A DNA stretch of 64,000 bases from Mobula birostris (lineage: Eukaryota), in assembly GCF_030028105.1 (NCBI RefSeq), contig NC_092370.1:176090647-176154646 (forward strand), in the 5' to 3' direction. The notes below the pieces were generated by a model. That model was given only the letters and a program-made list of their open reading frames with translations. It had not been told where the DNA came from and ran no database searches. This document shows, in pieces, positions 1 to 13,625 of this stretch; within the stretch, counting starts at the first letter, position 1, and the number at the start of each line of letters is the position of its first letter. The position numbers were made by a program, and so were the translations under genes.

Positions 1-3000
1 CCAACTTCAATATCCGCATCCAATCCTCTGTCATAAAAGTCAAATTAAGTTCCCTTTCCCAAATCTGTTTAATCTTAGACAAAGGACGCTTATCCCATTG
101 TAATAGTAAATTATAAATTCTTCCAATAGAACCCTTAATCAAAGAATTCATACTCATAATAGTATCTAACAGGTCAGCCTCCAATATGTAAGGGAAATTA
201 CTTAAGCATTTTTGTAAAAAATGTCTAACTTGAAGGTATTGCAAAAAGTGTATGAAAGAGCATATTTATCAATTAATTGTTCAAAGGACATCAATCTATC
301 TTCTTTAAATAAATCCAAAAAAGAATTAATACCTTTATTTTTCCAAAGTAGAAAAATTGGATCATTCAAAGAAGGCTTAAAAAAGTAATTTCGGTAAATT
401 AAAACACAAAGTTTGAATTTTTTAAGATTAAAAAAATTGCAGAACTGGAGCCAAATTTGTAAAGAATACTTAATCACAGGATATAGGTTTAAATTAACAA
501 CTTTACTTAATTGCATAGGTAAAGGAGCTCCCAATAACGAGGTTGAATAAAACTGTTTTACAACTTTTAGTTCCAGGTCTACCCAAATTGGCCGATCACT
601 CTTATCAACCCAGTATAACCAAAAAGACATATATCGCAGATTAACAGCCCAATAATACATTCTAAAATTAGGCAAAGCAAGACCTCCATCTTTTTTCAAT
701 TTTTGTAAATGACATTTACGAATTCTTGGTCTTTTATTATTCCAAATAAAAGATAAAATAATAGAATCAATCCGATCAAAAAACTTCCTGTCAAAAAAGC
801 AGGAATATTCTGAAATAAATATAAAAATTTCGGTAGAATCCTCATTTTAACTATATGAATACGACCAACAAGTGAAAATGTAAGTGAACTTCATCTACTA
901 AATAAATACTTCATAGAGTCTACTAAGGGAACAAAATTGGCTTTATAAAGATCCTTATATTTTTTAGTAATTATAATACCTAAATATCTAAAAGAGTCTG
1001 AAACTTTAAAAGGAGTAGTATCATATATAGAAACAGAATCATTTAAAGGAAACAATTCACTTTTACTAAAATTAATTTTATATCCTGAAAAGCCTCCGAA
1101 TTCATTAAATAATTTTAGCAGGGCAGAAATGGATTCGTCAGGGTTAGATATATAAACCAATAAATCATCAGCATAAAGAGAGACCTTATGCATGGTCTCG
1201 TTCACAAATATCCCATGGATATTTTTAGCCTCACAAAGAGCGATAGCAAGGGGTTCTAATATTAAATTAAACTACAAAGGACTTAATGGACAGCCTTGCC
1301 TTGTCCTCTGTGAAAGCTGAAAAAAAGGAGACTTACAATTGTTAGTAACAACAGTAGCAATAGGGGCTTTATATATCATTTTAATCCAATTATTAAAATT
1401 AACACCAAAGCCAAATTTCTCTAAAACATTGAATAAATATTTCCATTCGACTCAGTCGAACGCTTTTTCAGCCTCCAAAGATACAATACATTGTGGAATT
1501 TTAGAAGAGGGTGAATATATAATGTTAAGTAGTCTCCGAACATTTGAAAAGGAATAGCGACCCTTTATAAAGCCTATTTTATCTTTACAAATAAGTTTAC
1601 CCAAAATATTCTCCCACCGATTGGCCATTATCTTTGACAAAATCTTAGCATCAACATTTAGTAATGAAATAGGTCTATATGAAGCACAGTCAGTAGGATC
1701 TTTATCTTTTTTAAGAAATAAAGAAATAGAGGCCTCATAAAAAGTAGAGGGTAAGTCACCTTTCACAAAAGAATTCTTAAACATTTCCAACATATACGGA
1801 GAGAGCAACTTTCCAAATTTTTTATAAAATTCTACAGGATAGCCATCGAGTCCTGGGGACTTACCAGACTGCATTGAAAAAATAGCTTTATGAATTTCGG
1901 TTTCAGTAATTTGAGCATTGAGAATCTTTTGATCCTCAGCCGAGATCTTAGGAAAAACAATCTTTCGTAAAAAAGCATTCATTTTAGAGGAATCTAACGG
2001 ACATTGAGATTAAAATAGCTCAGCATAAAAGTCTTGAAAAATCTTATTAATTTCCTTATATTCCTGAGCTAAGGTACCATCTTTCCTACGAATTTTCATG
2101 ATTTGCCTTTTGACTGCAGCCATTTTTAATTGAAATGCAAGCAGTTTATTATTTTTATCTCCAGACATATAAAATTGGCTCTTTAACTTAAGCAAGTAAC
2201 CTTCAATGGGATGAGTTAATAACAGGTTATATTGTGATTGAAGTTCCACCCTTTGTTTAAATAAATCAGTATTGGGGGAAATTGCATAAATATTATCTAA
2301 AGCTTTAATTTGTTTTGAAATTCTATCTTATTCTGCTTTAGTTTGTTTTTTAAGTTTAGCTGAATAAGAAATAATCTGACCGCGTAAAAGTGCTTTAAAT
2401 GTATCCCATATAACTAATTTAGACATACCCCCTATATCATTAAAAAGAAAAAATTCTTTTATCTGGGTTTCAATGAAAGTGACAAAGTCAGAGTTTTGCA
2501 ATAATGTCTGAGACATGCGCCAAGGTGGGCGGGCAAGAGTGACATCATCAAATTCAAAAGACAAACTCAGAGGCGCATGATCAGATATAGCAATAGCATC
2601 ATATTCGCAGGTTTTAACACTAGGCAAGAAGCGGGGATCGATTATAATATTTTTTATAAATGTGTGAGAAGAGAAAATATTCTCTATTGTCGGGATGAAG
2701 ATACCTCCACAAATCAATCAACCCAAAATCAATCAAAAAGGAATTAATAAATGACGTGGATTGATTTGGAAGTTGCTGATTGGTTGAGCTCCTATCAATC
2801 ATAGGATTTAAACAACAATTTAAATTCCCACCCATTATGAGCATATATTCATTTAAGTCAGGCAGTAGAGTGAATACCTTTTTAAAAAAGGAAGGATCAT
2901 CTAAGTTAGGACCATACAAATTAACCAAAACAACTTTTCTGTTACGGATTGTTCCTTTAACAATTAAAAATTTACCATTAGAATCTGATTCAATATCCTC

Positions 3001-3977
3001 CTGAATAAATATATTAGGTTTAATGAAAATAGACATGCCTTTTGTTTTACTCTGAGAAGTAGAGTGGAATTGCAAACTATTCCACATCTAAAAAATCTAT
3101 TTTGATCTCCCGCCCTGATATGTGTCTCTTGAGCAAAAATTATATCAGGTTGGAATTGGTTAATAATTTTAAAAGTCTTCTTTCGTTTGATAGGATGATT
3201 CCAACCACATACATTCCAACTTATTATATTAATCTGTTTGAACAGCATACTATAATTTCATTCTACTTTATACATGCACAAAGCACATACCAGTGCAGGA
3301 TGATCAAAGATGGCGGTGATGAAGAATACAACCAAATAAAATACACACATGCTCCGGAACCACCCAATGGGAAAAAACTAACTCTAAACCCACCCACCCA
3401 CACCCTGAAACCCAAAAAAGGCAAGTGATCTACGATAGAATTCAAAGCTGCTGACTGCTCTGACAGTGTTTTCTTTCTCTCCCCCCAGTTAGTAAAAAAG
3501 TAGAGTGACCTTGTGAAAAAGACAATAAAGTCTCAGGAAAAAAAGGTACTTACATTCCATCGACTGATAAACAAGAAAGAACCAAAATAATGTTATCTCT
3601 TAGAGAGAAAAACCAGCGCCATGTTTAATATTAATTCCCTAAAAAAGCTTTAAATTCAATTATAAAATGTTATAATAGAACAGAAAAATATATAAAAAGC
3701 CCTATTAGTAGGAAAAACTACCCAATTAGCTACAAAGTATTAAAGTAAAAGAACAAATCGCCTTATCTTCTTCCCTCAGTCATAAAATGTCCAGAGATCA
3801 TTTGAGCAGAGATACTTAAACCATAAATCTTTCCAAAGGAAAACCAATAATATGCAATAAAGAACAACTACCCGTGTTCTTTAATTAGTCTCTCAATGAA
3901 ATATACAAGTGACCTTCATAAATCTTCTTTCCAAAATGCGAATAATATACAAATAGCCAAACAGCCTTTCAGATGGC

Positions 3978-4806
3978 TCATTCAACAGTGGTGTCGATGA
4001 CAGCGGCAGGCAAAGCCTGAACAAAATCCAGTGCAGCTTTTGGATCAAAAAAAGTATGAGGAGGAGAATTAGGAGGGAAAATTTTAAGTTTTGTCAGATA
4101 CCTCAGAGACGGGAAAAGATTCTTATCATATGCTTGTTTCATTACCAGGGCAAATTTTGATCTTTGTTCCATTATCTCTCTTGGATAATCTTCGTAGAAG
4201 CGGAGCTCAGATTCCATAAATCTAAAAACCCTCTGTTTTCTTGCCTGTCGTATTATTTGATCTTTATTTTTAAAGTGATGAAAGCAAACCAGAACAGATC
4301 TTGGTTTACTAGAGTCCTTCGATTTCGAGATAAACGCCCTGTATGCCCTTTCTATAGCAGGCGGCTTTAATAGAATGGTAGGAAATAAAGTGTGGAAAAG
4401 TTTACCAAAGTAAGCCGTTAGATCTCCATCTTCAGCTCCTTCCTGTAGCCCAACAATTCTTATATTCCTTCGTCGAGACCTAGTTTCCAGGTCTATAATC
4501 TTATTTTGATATCTTTCCAAACGAGTTGTAGCTTCAGACAGCTTTTGCTTAGCTATCTTCAATTCCCCTTCGTGTGAAATAACTTGAGTTTCCAGGTCTT
4601 TAAATTTTCCCAGAAATGACTTCATTTCATTACTATTCTTTTCCAGTTGGTCTTTAATTGATCCATTCTGATCCTTAATTGAATTCAGTGTCCAAACGAT
4701 ATCTTCAGCCCACGATGGCATTTCATCAGATCTTTCCTTTTGCACCTTTCCTTTCCCATTACCTTTATCACTAGGTTCAGGTAAATTCTTCCCACTTCTT
4801 GAAAGC
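3978..4806 (-). pseudogene. L1 ORF1p (coiled coil, RRM, CTD); start codons separated to about 6158-6165 by the HERO insertion
   Basis: ORF 3978-4745 extends in frame to 4806 (LSRSGKNLPEPSDKGNGKGKV...). Confidence 0.85.
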
Positions 4807-6157
4807 TTAGAGAGGAGGGGTTAGCAACCACCTCAGGAGATGGCTGGGGCTGCCAAAGAGCCTGAGCAGCATTGCACTCTATGGACACCACAACAAACTG
4901 CAACTGCCCTTCGAATCCTTGGAGGAAGAATTCAAGGTAACAAGAGCCAGAGAAGTGCTATAGTATAGGGACTCAAGTGACCCAAAGGTGGCTAGAGCAG
5001 GGATCCAAGTAAGTACTGGCAGGAAGTGGAGGGCAGAGGAAGCTGTTCAGGAGGCAGAGGCGAGGCTGCGTCACAGGAGGCTGGTGGGAGTGGTCACACA
5101 AGGCCAAGCTGGGCTAGGATCCTTTCCAACTCCCCAAATGGACACCAGAGGGAAGGAAAGGCGTCGTCTAGTTCAGGAGGAGGTGAGGGCAGTAGTGGAG
5201 GAGATGAGAGCCTGCAAGGCAGTGGGAATGAAGCAACAGGGAGCTTGGACAAGATGGGAGAATACGGTTGAGAGGAAAGTGACCTGGGCTGATCTTTGGA
5301 AAGCCGAACCACACCGCATCCAATTTCTCATCCAGGCAGTGTACGATGTGCTTCCAAGCCCATCAAATCTGCACACATGGGGCAAGGCAGAGTCATCTGC
5401 GTGCCCACTGTGCTCCAAGCGAGGAACCCTGGAGCACATCCTCAGCGGCTGTGCAAGGGCACTTGGTGAGGGACGGTACAGGTGGAGGCATGATCAGGTC
5501 CCGACCCTCCAAGCAGACCATTGCCTTTGTCAGAGCTGGGGAGCAGCCAATACCTGCCAAAAGAACATCGGCAGGCATTCTGACCTCTGCAAGGAACTGG
5601 CAGCTGTTGGTGGACCTCGAAGGGCAGCTGAAGTTTCCCAACCATATCGCAGCCACCACCCTGCGACCAGACATTGTCCTAGTGTCTGAGTCGACTAAGT
5701 AAGTGGTGCTGCTGGAGCCGACAGTCCCATGGGAAGATAGCTTGGAAGAGGCCTTTGAAAGGAAGCTCTCCAAGTACGCAGGACTGGTCAGCAACTGTCA
5801 GCAGACTGGATGGAGAGCGAGGTGTCTCCCAGTGGAGGTTGGTTGTAGGGGATTCGTAGCCCGTTCTTTAGTTAGAGCCTTCAGCACTTTGGGCATCGAG
5901 GGAGAGAGGAAGAGGAGAGCCATCCGCAGCACCACCAATGCAGCAGAGAGGGCCTCAGGATGACTGTGGCTCAAAAGAGGGGAGCCATGGAGTCATAAGT
6001 AGCTAGCCATCTGGACACAAGCTGGGGTCTGATCAGCCCCGGCTGGGTCACCTGGAGGAGGTTGTATGATGTTGAAAGACCCGAAACACCCGACGATTCC
6101 AGGAACATCACTGAAGATGTGTCCAGAAGCATCAATAGATATATGTACACAGTAGAC
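4807..6157 (+). mobile_element. HERO-clade non-LTR retrotransposon with restriction-like endonuclease, 5'-truncated
   Basis: LRRWLGLPKSLSSIALYG, GRKWRAEEAV, CCHC knuckle CPLC...HILSGC, RWRHDQV, RPDIVL...EPTVPWE...KLSKY; 3' end shared with the copy at 45774-45971. Confidence 0.85.
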
Positions 6158-6297
6158 ATAGACATATTGATCACCCTCAAGAATCAACAAGTAAAAATTT
6201 TAAATTCAAAGCTTAAACTAGGGGGAAAGAAAGAAAACTAAGAGCAGCAGAAAAATACTGCTACTCCATTGGCAGACAGGGGCGGTCCCCCCCGCCC

Positions 6298-6562
6298 TTA
6301 GGCTTTTCCAATACCTTAGAACTCATCTTGCGAACAGATGCACAAAATAAATCGAGATAAAGCAAGATGCTCACAGACACGAGTTTAAGCTATGTCAGCT
6401 AGAATGTAATTCCGGGGGAGGAGCTTGGCTGCTCGGAGCACACGCTGCCTTTTTTCGTAAAAGCGAAAACACTCTTTGGTTAGAGAAAACAGGTAACTAA
6501 TCTAGGTCTTTTGTAACAGCAAGCTGACGTAAAGCGAACGTTCGGAGAACGGGGGCCACCTG
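6298..6562 (-). mobile_element. 5' end of a Tigger/pogo-like DNA transposon (host of the L1)
   Basis: Ends ...CACCTG|TA; colinear with 34991-35188 plus 37215-37284 of the other Tigger copy. Confidence 0.8.
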
Positions 6563-6604
6563 TACTGCCAATCAACCTGAAAGTAACGTCTGTTCACCCC
6601 AAAA

Positions 6605-7110
6605 AATGAGAAAGTCTGCAGATGCTGGAAATTCAAAGCAACACCCACAAAATGCCGGAGGAACTCAGGCCAGGCAGCATCTCTGGAAAAGAGTAAACAG
6701 TCAACATTTCGGGCCTAGACCCTTATTCAGGACTGAGAAGGAAGTGGGAATGTGCCTGAATAAAAAAGTGGGGGGAGGGGGAAAAGGCTAGCTGGAAGGT
6801 GATGGTAGGTGGGAAAGGTCAAGTGCAGCAGAAGAAAGAATCTGATAGGAGCGGAGAGTGGACAGTAGGAGAAAGGGGAGGAGGGGGTCAGAGGGAAGTA
6901 ACAGGCAGGTGAGAAGAAGTGAAAGGTCAGAGTGGGGAATGAGGAAGGTGGGGGGGGGGGGAATTTATTCACTGGAATGAGAAATCAATATTCATACCAT
7001 CAGGTTGGAGGGTACCAGGACAGAATATAAGATGTTGCTCTGCCACCCTGAGGGTGGCCTCATCTTGGCGCAAGAAGAGTCAATGGATCAACACATTGCA
7101 GCGTGAATGG
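6605..7110 (-). mobile_element. Penelope-like element 3' fragment with pLTR (decayed hammerhead)
   Basis: Similar to 35189-35767; core reads CTGAATA...GAAA TGTT. Confidence 0.75.
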
Positions 7111-8921
7111 GAACTTAGAGAATTGGAAGGGACCTCAGTGAACTTCACAAAATCCCAATGGAAGCAGATGGATTAAATGCAGGAAAGATGATCCTTTTGC
7201 TGAAGAAGCCCAAAATCGGATATCACAGCCTGTGTATATGATAAGGAAAACTCGTTTCTCACCCCAAAGACTGGTGATCTTGTGGGATTTTCTAGTACTA
7301 ATACCTAAACAGATCAAGGGGAGAAAACAGGAGTAGGTAGTGGATTTGGGATGATCAGCCACAATAACGGCATAGCAGCCTGGAAAAGCTGAAAGGCCTA
7401 CTCCTGCAGCTATTTTCATGAAATGCTCTTTAAATCAATCTAGCCATCATCAGCAAAACCTAGATGACGGACTAACTCATCATTTAGATTTGGGACATAT
7501 GCATTTATGCACACTCTTAAAATAATAAAATGTAGAAAAGGTGAACATAGGGCTGTTAAAAATTTGATACCATGGCACATCAAGAAATACCAGGGCAGTT
7601 ATTTGAAAGGATACTCAAGTTTAAAAAAAAAATTATGTAAATACCTTGTAGGACAGGTAGCAGCTGCTGAGATAGAAACAGTTAATATTTCAAGCAGAGG
7701 ACCTTTGAAGTGAAACCTTACTGTTTTTGTTTCCATAGCTCCTGCTTAAATTGCTCAATATCGCCAGCATTTTCTACCCTTAAACTTCATAGTTTTTATT
7801 ACAGATTCCAGTATCTACAGCTTTTGTTTTGCTTTGCAGTAAGGTTTTTAAGAGCATCTTTAAAGGATTCAGGCAACTGAATCCACGGGCACCAATGAAA
7901 CAATTACAGTATAATCAGAAGAATGCAGAGGCTGGATTGGGAGGGGTTCAGACCTCAGAGAATTTTAAGAATCCATAGGTGAAAGAGAGAGACGTGCGGC
8001 CAATGAAGGACTGAAAGAGAAAAGGTACAAATTCTTAATGGGTGGCTCCTCTGAGCTAGAAGCTAAAATTGGTCTATAAGTGTAGGACTGAGTCATACTG
8101 AATCATTGTGAGAATGCTGTCCTTGGACTACAGTTCAGCATTCAATACCATAATTCCCTCCAGGCTTGACAAGAAGCTCAGAGACCTCAGCCTTCACCCT
8201 GCCTTTTGCAGCTGGATCCTGGACTTCCTGTCAGATTGCCAGCAGGTGGTAGAGTGGCTCCTTCACCTCTGCCCCTCTGCCCCTCAACACAGGTGCCCCT
8301 CAGGGTTCCGTCCTCAGCTCCCTCCTTTACTCCCTGTATACCCATGACTGTGTCGCCACCCACAGCTCCAATCTGCTAATTAATGAGGCAGCCTACAGCC
8401 TACAGAGAAAAAGTTATCACCCTGACACAGTGGTGTCAAGAAAACAACTTCTCTCACAATGTCGCAAAAACAAAGGAGCTGGTTATGGACTATAGGAGGA
8501 ACAGAGACAGGCGAACCCCTATTGACATCAATGAACCTGGGGTTGAGAGGGTGAACAGCTTTAAGTTCCTTGGCATACACGTCACTGAAAGTCTCAAGGA
8601 GTCTGTACACACCGGCTATATGGTGAAAACAACCACAACAGCGCCTCTTTCACCTCAGACGTTTGAAGAAGTTTGGTATGGGCCCCCAAATCCTAAGAAC
8701 TATCTACAGGGCACAATTGAGAGCATCCTGACTGGCTGCATCACTGCCTGGTACGGAAACTGAACTTCCTTCAATCGCAGAACTCTGCAGAGAGTGGTGC
8801 GGACAGCCCAGTGCATCTGTAGATGTGAACTTCCCACTATTCAGGACATTTACAAAGACAGGTGTGTAAAAAGGGTCTGAAAGATTATTGGGGACCCGAG
8901 TCACCCCAACTACAAACTATT

Positions 8922-11900
8922 AACATAGAACATAGAACAATACAGCACAGTACAGGCCCTTCAGTCCACAATGTTTGGCCGACCCTTAAACCCTGCCTCC
9001 CATATAACCCCCCACCTTAAATTCCTCCATATACCTGTCTAGTAGTCTCTTAAATTGCACTAGTATATCTGCCTCCACTGACTCAGGCAGTGCATTCCAG
9101 GCACCAATCACTCTCTGAGTAAAAAACCTTCCTCTAATATCCCCCTTGAACTTCCCACCCCTTACCTTAAAGTCATGTCCTCTTATATTGAGCAGTGGTG
9201 CCCTGGGGAAGAGGCGCTGGTTGTCCACTCTATCTATTCCTCTTAAAATCTTGTATACCTCTATTATGTCTCCTCTCATCCTCCTTCTCTCCAAAGAGTA
9301 AAGCCCTAGCTCCCTTAATCTCTGATCATAATGCATACTCTCTAAACCAGGCAGTATCCTGGTAAAGCTCCTCTGTACCCTTTCCAATGCTTCCACATCC
9401 TTCTTATAGTGAGGCGACCAGAACTGGACACAGTACTCCAAGTGTGACCTAACCAGAGTTTTATAGAGCTGCATCATTACCTCGCAACTCTTAAACTCTA
9501 TCACTCAACTTATGAAAGCTAACACCCCATAAGCTTTCTTAACTACCCTATCTACCTGTGAGGCAACTTTCAGAGATCTATGGGCATGTACCCCCAGATC
9601 CCTCTGCTCCTCCACACTACCAAGTTTCCTGCCATTTACTTTGTACTCTGCCTTGGAGTTTGTCCTTCCAAAGTGTACCACCTCACACTTCTCCAGGTTG
9701 AACTCCATCTGCCACTTCTCAGCCCACTTCTGCATCCTATCAATGTCTCTCTGCAATCTTTGACAACCCTCTACGCTATACACAACACCACCACCAACCT
9801 TTGTGTCGTTTGCAAACGTGCCAACCCACCCTTCTAACCCCACATCCAGGTCGTTAATAAATATCACAGAAAGTAGAGGTCCCAGAACTGATCCTTGTGG
9901 GACACCACTAGTCACAATCCTCCAATACAAATGTACTCCCTCCACCACGACCCTTTGCTTACTGCAGGCAAGCCAATTCTGAATCCACCTGGCCAAACTT
10001 CCCTGGATCCCATGCCTTCCGACTTTTTGAATAAGCCTACCGTGTGGAACCTTGTCAAATGCCTTATTAAAATCCATATAGATCACATCCACTGCACTAC
10101 CCTCATCTATATGCCTGGTCACCTCCTCAAAGAACTCTATCAGGCTTGTTAGACATGATCTGCCCTTCACAAAGCCATGCTGACTGTCCCTGATCAGACC
10201 ATGTTTCTCTAAATACCCATAGATCCTATCTCTAAGAATCTTTTCCAACAGTTTTCCTACCACAGATGTAAGGCTCACTGGTCTATAATTACCTGGACTA
10301 TCCCTACTACCTTTTCTGAACAAGGGAACAACATTCGCCTCCCTCTAATCCTCCGGTACCATTCCCGTGGACAACAAGGACATAAAAATCCTAGCCAGAG
10401 GCTCAGCAATCTTTTCCCTCACCTCATGGAGCAGCCTCAGGAATATTCCATCAGATCCTGGGGACTTAACCGTCCTAATGTATTTTAGCAACTCCAATAC
10501 CTCCTCTCCCTTAATATCAACATGCTCCAGAACATCAACCTCACTCATATTGTCCTCACCTTCATTAAGTTCCCTCTCACTGGTGAATACTGAACAGAAG
10601 TATTTATTGAGGGCCTCGCTCACTTCCACAGCCTCCAGGAACATCTTCCCATCTTTATCTCTAATCAGTCCTACCTTCACTCCTGTTATCCTTTTGTTCT
10701 TCACATAATTGGAGAATGCCTTGTGGTTTTCCTTTATCCTACTCGCCAAAGCCTCCTCATGCCCCCTTCTTGCTCTCCTCAGCTCCTTCTTAAGCTCCTT
10801 TCTTGCTATCCTATATTCCTCAATAGGCCCATCTGATCCCTGCTTCCTAAATCTCGTGTATGCTGCCTTCTTCCACCTGACTAGATTTTCCACCTCACTG
10901 GTCACCCATGGTTCCTTCACCCTACCATTCTTTATCTTCCTCACCGGGACAAATTTATCCCTAACATCCCACAAGAGATCCCTAAACATTGACCACATGT
11001 CCATAGTACATTTCCTTGCTAAAACATCATCCCAATTCACACCGGCAAGTTCTAGCCTTATAGCCTCATAATTTGCCTTCCCCAATTAAAAATTTTCCTG
11101 TCCTCTCTGATTCTATCCTTTTCCATGATAATGCTAAAGGCCAGGGAGCGGTGGCAGACAGTCCACCCTGCAAAAACTGATTTCAGGGAGACAGCATCAT
11201 CAATTTGGGTGAGACTTCCGGGAGAGGTGGGGTGTCTGCAATAGAGTAGTTCCTTAGCAGCCAGCCAGCTAGTTTAAATAATGTTAGCTATGCTAATGAA
11301 TGAATGACACCTGTTAAACTCACCTCAACATGTCTTTTACAGTCTTGACCCACCATGGGCAATAGAAAAGTCACTGTTGCAAACAGTGCAGCGAGCAACA
11401 CTGTCATTATTTTTGACCCCTATTAGGCAGGGGTACACTTTAGTGTAGCATGGAGTGACGTGCGTTTTATATTTTCTTTTTTTTTTGGAACACTCTGCCA
11501 TGGCGCGCTCTCGCTCTCTCTCGTGGTCGCTCGCGCGCTCTCTTGTGCTGTTGCTTGCTTTCTCTCTCGCGCTCTCAAAAAATTGATTTCCGTGATGTTG
11601 TATATAATTTGCGGGCATCAGGCAGCCACTATTCATATGCGGGAGACTCCCGGAACTTCCGGCAGAGGTGGGATGTCTGCGGTGGTCACTGTCCCCCAGG
11701 TGCTCACTCACTGAGAGATCTGTGACCTGACCTGGTTTGTTACCTAATACTAGATCTAGTATGGCATTCCCCTTAGCTGGCCTGTGAACACACTATGACA
11801 GGAATCCATCCTGGAGACACTTAACAAACTCTGCCCCGTCTAAACCATTGGAACTAATCAGGTGCCAATCAATATTAGGGAAGTTAAAGTCACCCATGAT

Positions 11901-12023
11901 ACAATCCTGTTATTTTTGCACCTTTCCAAAATCTGCCTCCCAATCTGCTCCTCGGTATCTCTGCTGCTACCAGGGGGCCTATAGAATACTCCCAATAGAG
12001 TAACTGCTCCCTTCCTGGTCTTG
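8922..12023 (-). mobile_element. CR1 LINE, 5'-truncated, inactive
   Basis: NYRPVSLTSVVGK, QHGFVKGRSC, VPQGSVLGP, YADD decayed to FAND, RSHLEYCVQFWSP, RFFTQRV; (TTCTATG)n tail; in-frame stops at 9505 and 10345; probable TSD actatt/actgtt. Confidence 0.93.
11155..11679 (-). mobile_element. Non-autonomous hAT-like DNA transposon inside the CR1
   Basis: TIR CAGACA(G/T)(T/C)CCACC; flanking direct repeat cggtgg; zinc-finger remnant KRKYK...YPCL...CTVCNSDFSIAHGG. Confidence 0.75.
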
Positions 12024-12993
12024 ACTGTTCCAGCTGCTACCATCCGGGAAGCGGTACCGCTGCACAAAAGCCAGGATCAACGAACTCTGAGACAGCTTCT
12101 TTCACCAGGTCATCAGACTGATTAACTCATGCTGACACAACTGTATTTATATGTTATATTGAGTGTCCTGTTGGACATACTATTTATTATAAATTACTAT
12201 AAATTGCACATTGCACATTTAGACAGAGATGTAACGTAAGAATTTTTACTCCTCATGTATGTAAAGGAGGTAAGAAATAAAGTCAATTCAAGGACCTCTG
12301 GCGACCGAAAGCGTCCGTTGTAAGGTGAGATGCTTACGCACGGCAGCAAGTAGCCAATCAAACGTAGGAGAAACAGTGGTCCGCCCATGACCTGACCAAA
12401 TGTTCCGACGCTCATCAGTTTAAACGCTATCTTTGGGGTCATTACAATGCCTTCCAGCGCAAAAGGGGCAGCTGTTCCACCAGTTTTTTTTAAATGTGCA
12501 TTTATTACAACGCGGAATTAAGTTTTGGAGATGATTTGTCACAGTTATTTCACCGCGTCAAACTGTTTATTTAGAGCGAGAAGAGATTTGAATGAAACAT
12601 ACAGGCAAATATTACCTACATTAATTCACTAAATAAAAAATATTCAAAGGTTGCATTGAAGAATTATACAAGTCGTAGCTATCCCTGTTTTATTCAATGA
12701 ACAGCATGGACATCGTAAAACTATTTCACGTCAAGTGACTTTACACTGTGATATTTTAAACATAGTTTGAAAAACACAATCATCCAAATCTCCACTGTTA
12801 TAGATTTGCTTCTCCAAAACTAAATGCAATTTATTTGCTGAAGACTGCAGATGCTAGAAAGATAACTAATGCCTGATATATTGACACCCAACAAATGCTT
12901 CAAAATATTTCAAGGGATAAATACGAACCTGATATATGGAGCAAATGCTGCTAGCAGAAGAGCAGTAATTGCACAGATCCCGATGAGGCTTAC

Positions 12994-13140
12994 GAAGAAT
13001 GACATCCTCCGATTGCAGCACCAACAGACACAAAGAAGCTGCCGATCACACGCTACCGGGTTTAAAACCGCGGTATGGAAGCAATGATACTAACAATACC
13101 CAGAATACCGCGAGAGCCCGTCCCAGCTGTCAATCACAAA
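12994..13140 (-). promoter_or_regulatory. Divergent promoter and candidate first exon of an unidentified minus-strand gene
   Basis: CpG-rich unique sequence; TGATTGACAGCTG (13124-13136), SBS-like ACTAACAATACCCAGAATA, ATG-TCA-TTC-TTC followed by donor gtaagc at 12993. Confidence 0.4.
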
Positions 13141-13269
13141 AAGCTGGCGAAGCATAGGGAGGAGCCACCTTCTGTGGAAAGAAGCGGGCTGTCGACGTTT
13201 GGGATGTCGAACCGAAATGTCCTCGTCCCTCCGCAGATGCTGCCTGACTTGTTAAGTTCCTCCAAATGC

Positions 13270-13625
13270 TGCCAGGATAATCAAGTACACGACCCACCCA
13301 GCTAACACACTTTTCGTCCATGTTCCCTCCGGGAGAAGGTTCAGGAGCTTGAAGACTCGTACGGCCAGATTTGGGAACAGCTTCTTTCCAACTGTGATAA
13401 GACTGCTGAACGGCTCCTGACCGGGGTCTGAACCGTACCCTCTAAATATCCACACCTGCCTCTCAGTTTTTTTGCACTACCTTACTTTCCCTTTTCTATT
13501 TATGATTTATAATTTAAATTTTTAATATTAACGATTTGTACTCCAGGGAGCGCGAAGCGCAGAATCAAATATCGCTGTGATGATTGTACGTTCTAGTATC
13601 AATTGTTTGTCGACAAAGTATAAAG
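13270..13625 (+). mobile_element. Rex1/Babar-type 3' fragment inside a pLTR remnant
   Basis: ccctccgggagaagg...cagcttctttccaactgtgataagact, with a short tail. Confidence 0.6.

Larger units (their letters stand above)
1..6297 (-). mobile_element. L1-clade LINE, 5'-complete and decayed (5'UTR 6166-6297; ORF1; frameshifted ORF2 3248 to <202; 3' end outside the window), interrupted by HERO
   Basis: ORF1 RSRRRNIRIVGLQEG...IERAYR...LRFYEDY; ORF2 APE (WNV, QETH, SDHAP) and RT (KSPGLDG, YRPISLLNVD, EKAFD, LYADD, FRYLGI). Confidence 0.92.
8098..12290 (+). mobile_element. Rex1/Babar LINE 3' part (8098-8921 and 12024-12290), split by a CR1
   Basis: RMLSLDYSSAFNTIIP, WCQENN...NVAKTKELV, IESILTGCITAWYGN; resumes at 12024 (LLPSGKRYR). 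Confidence 0.85.
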
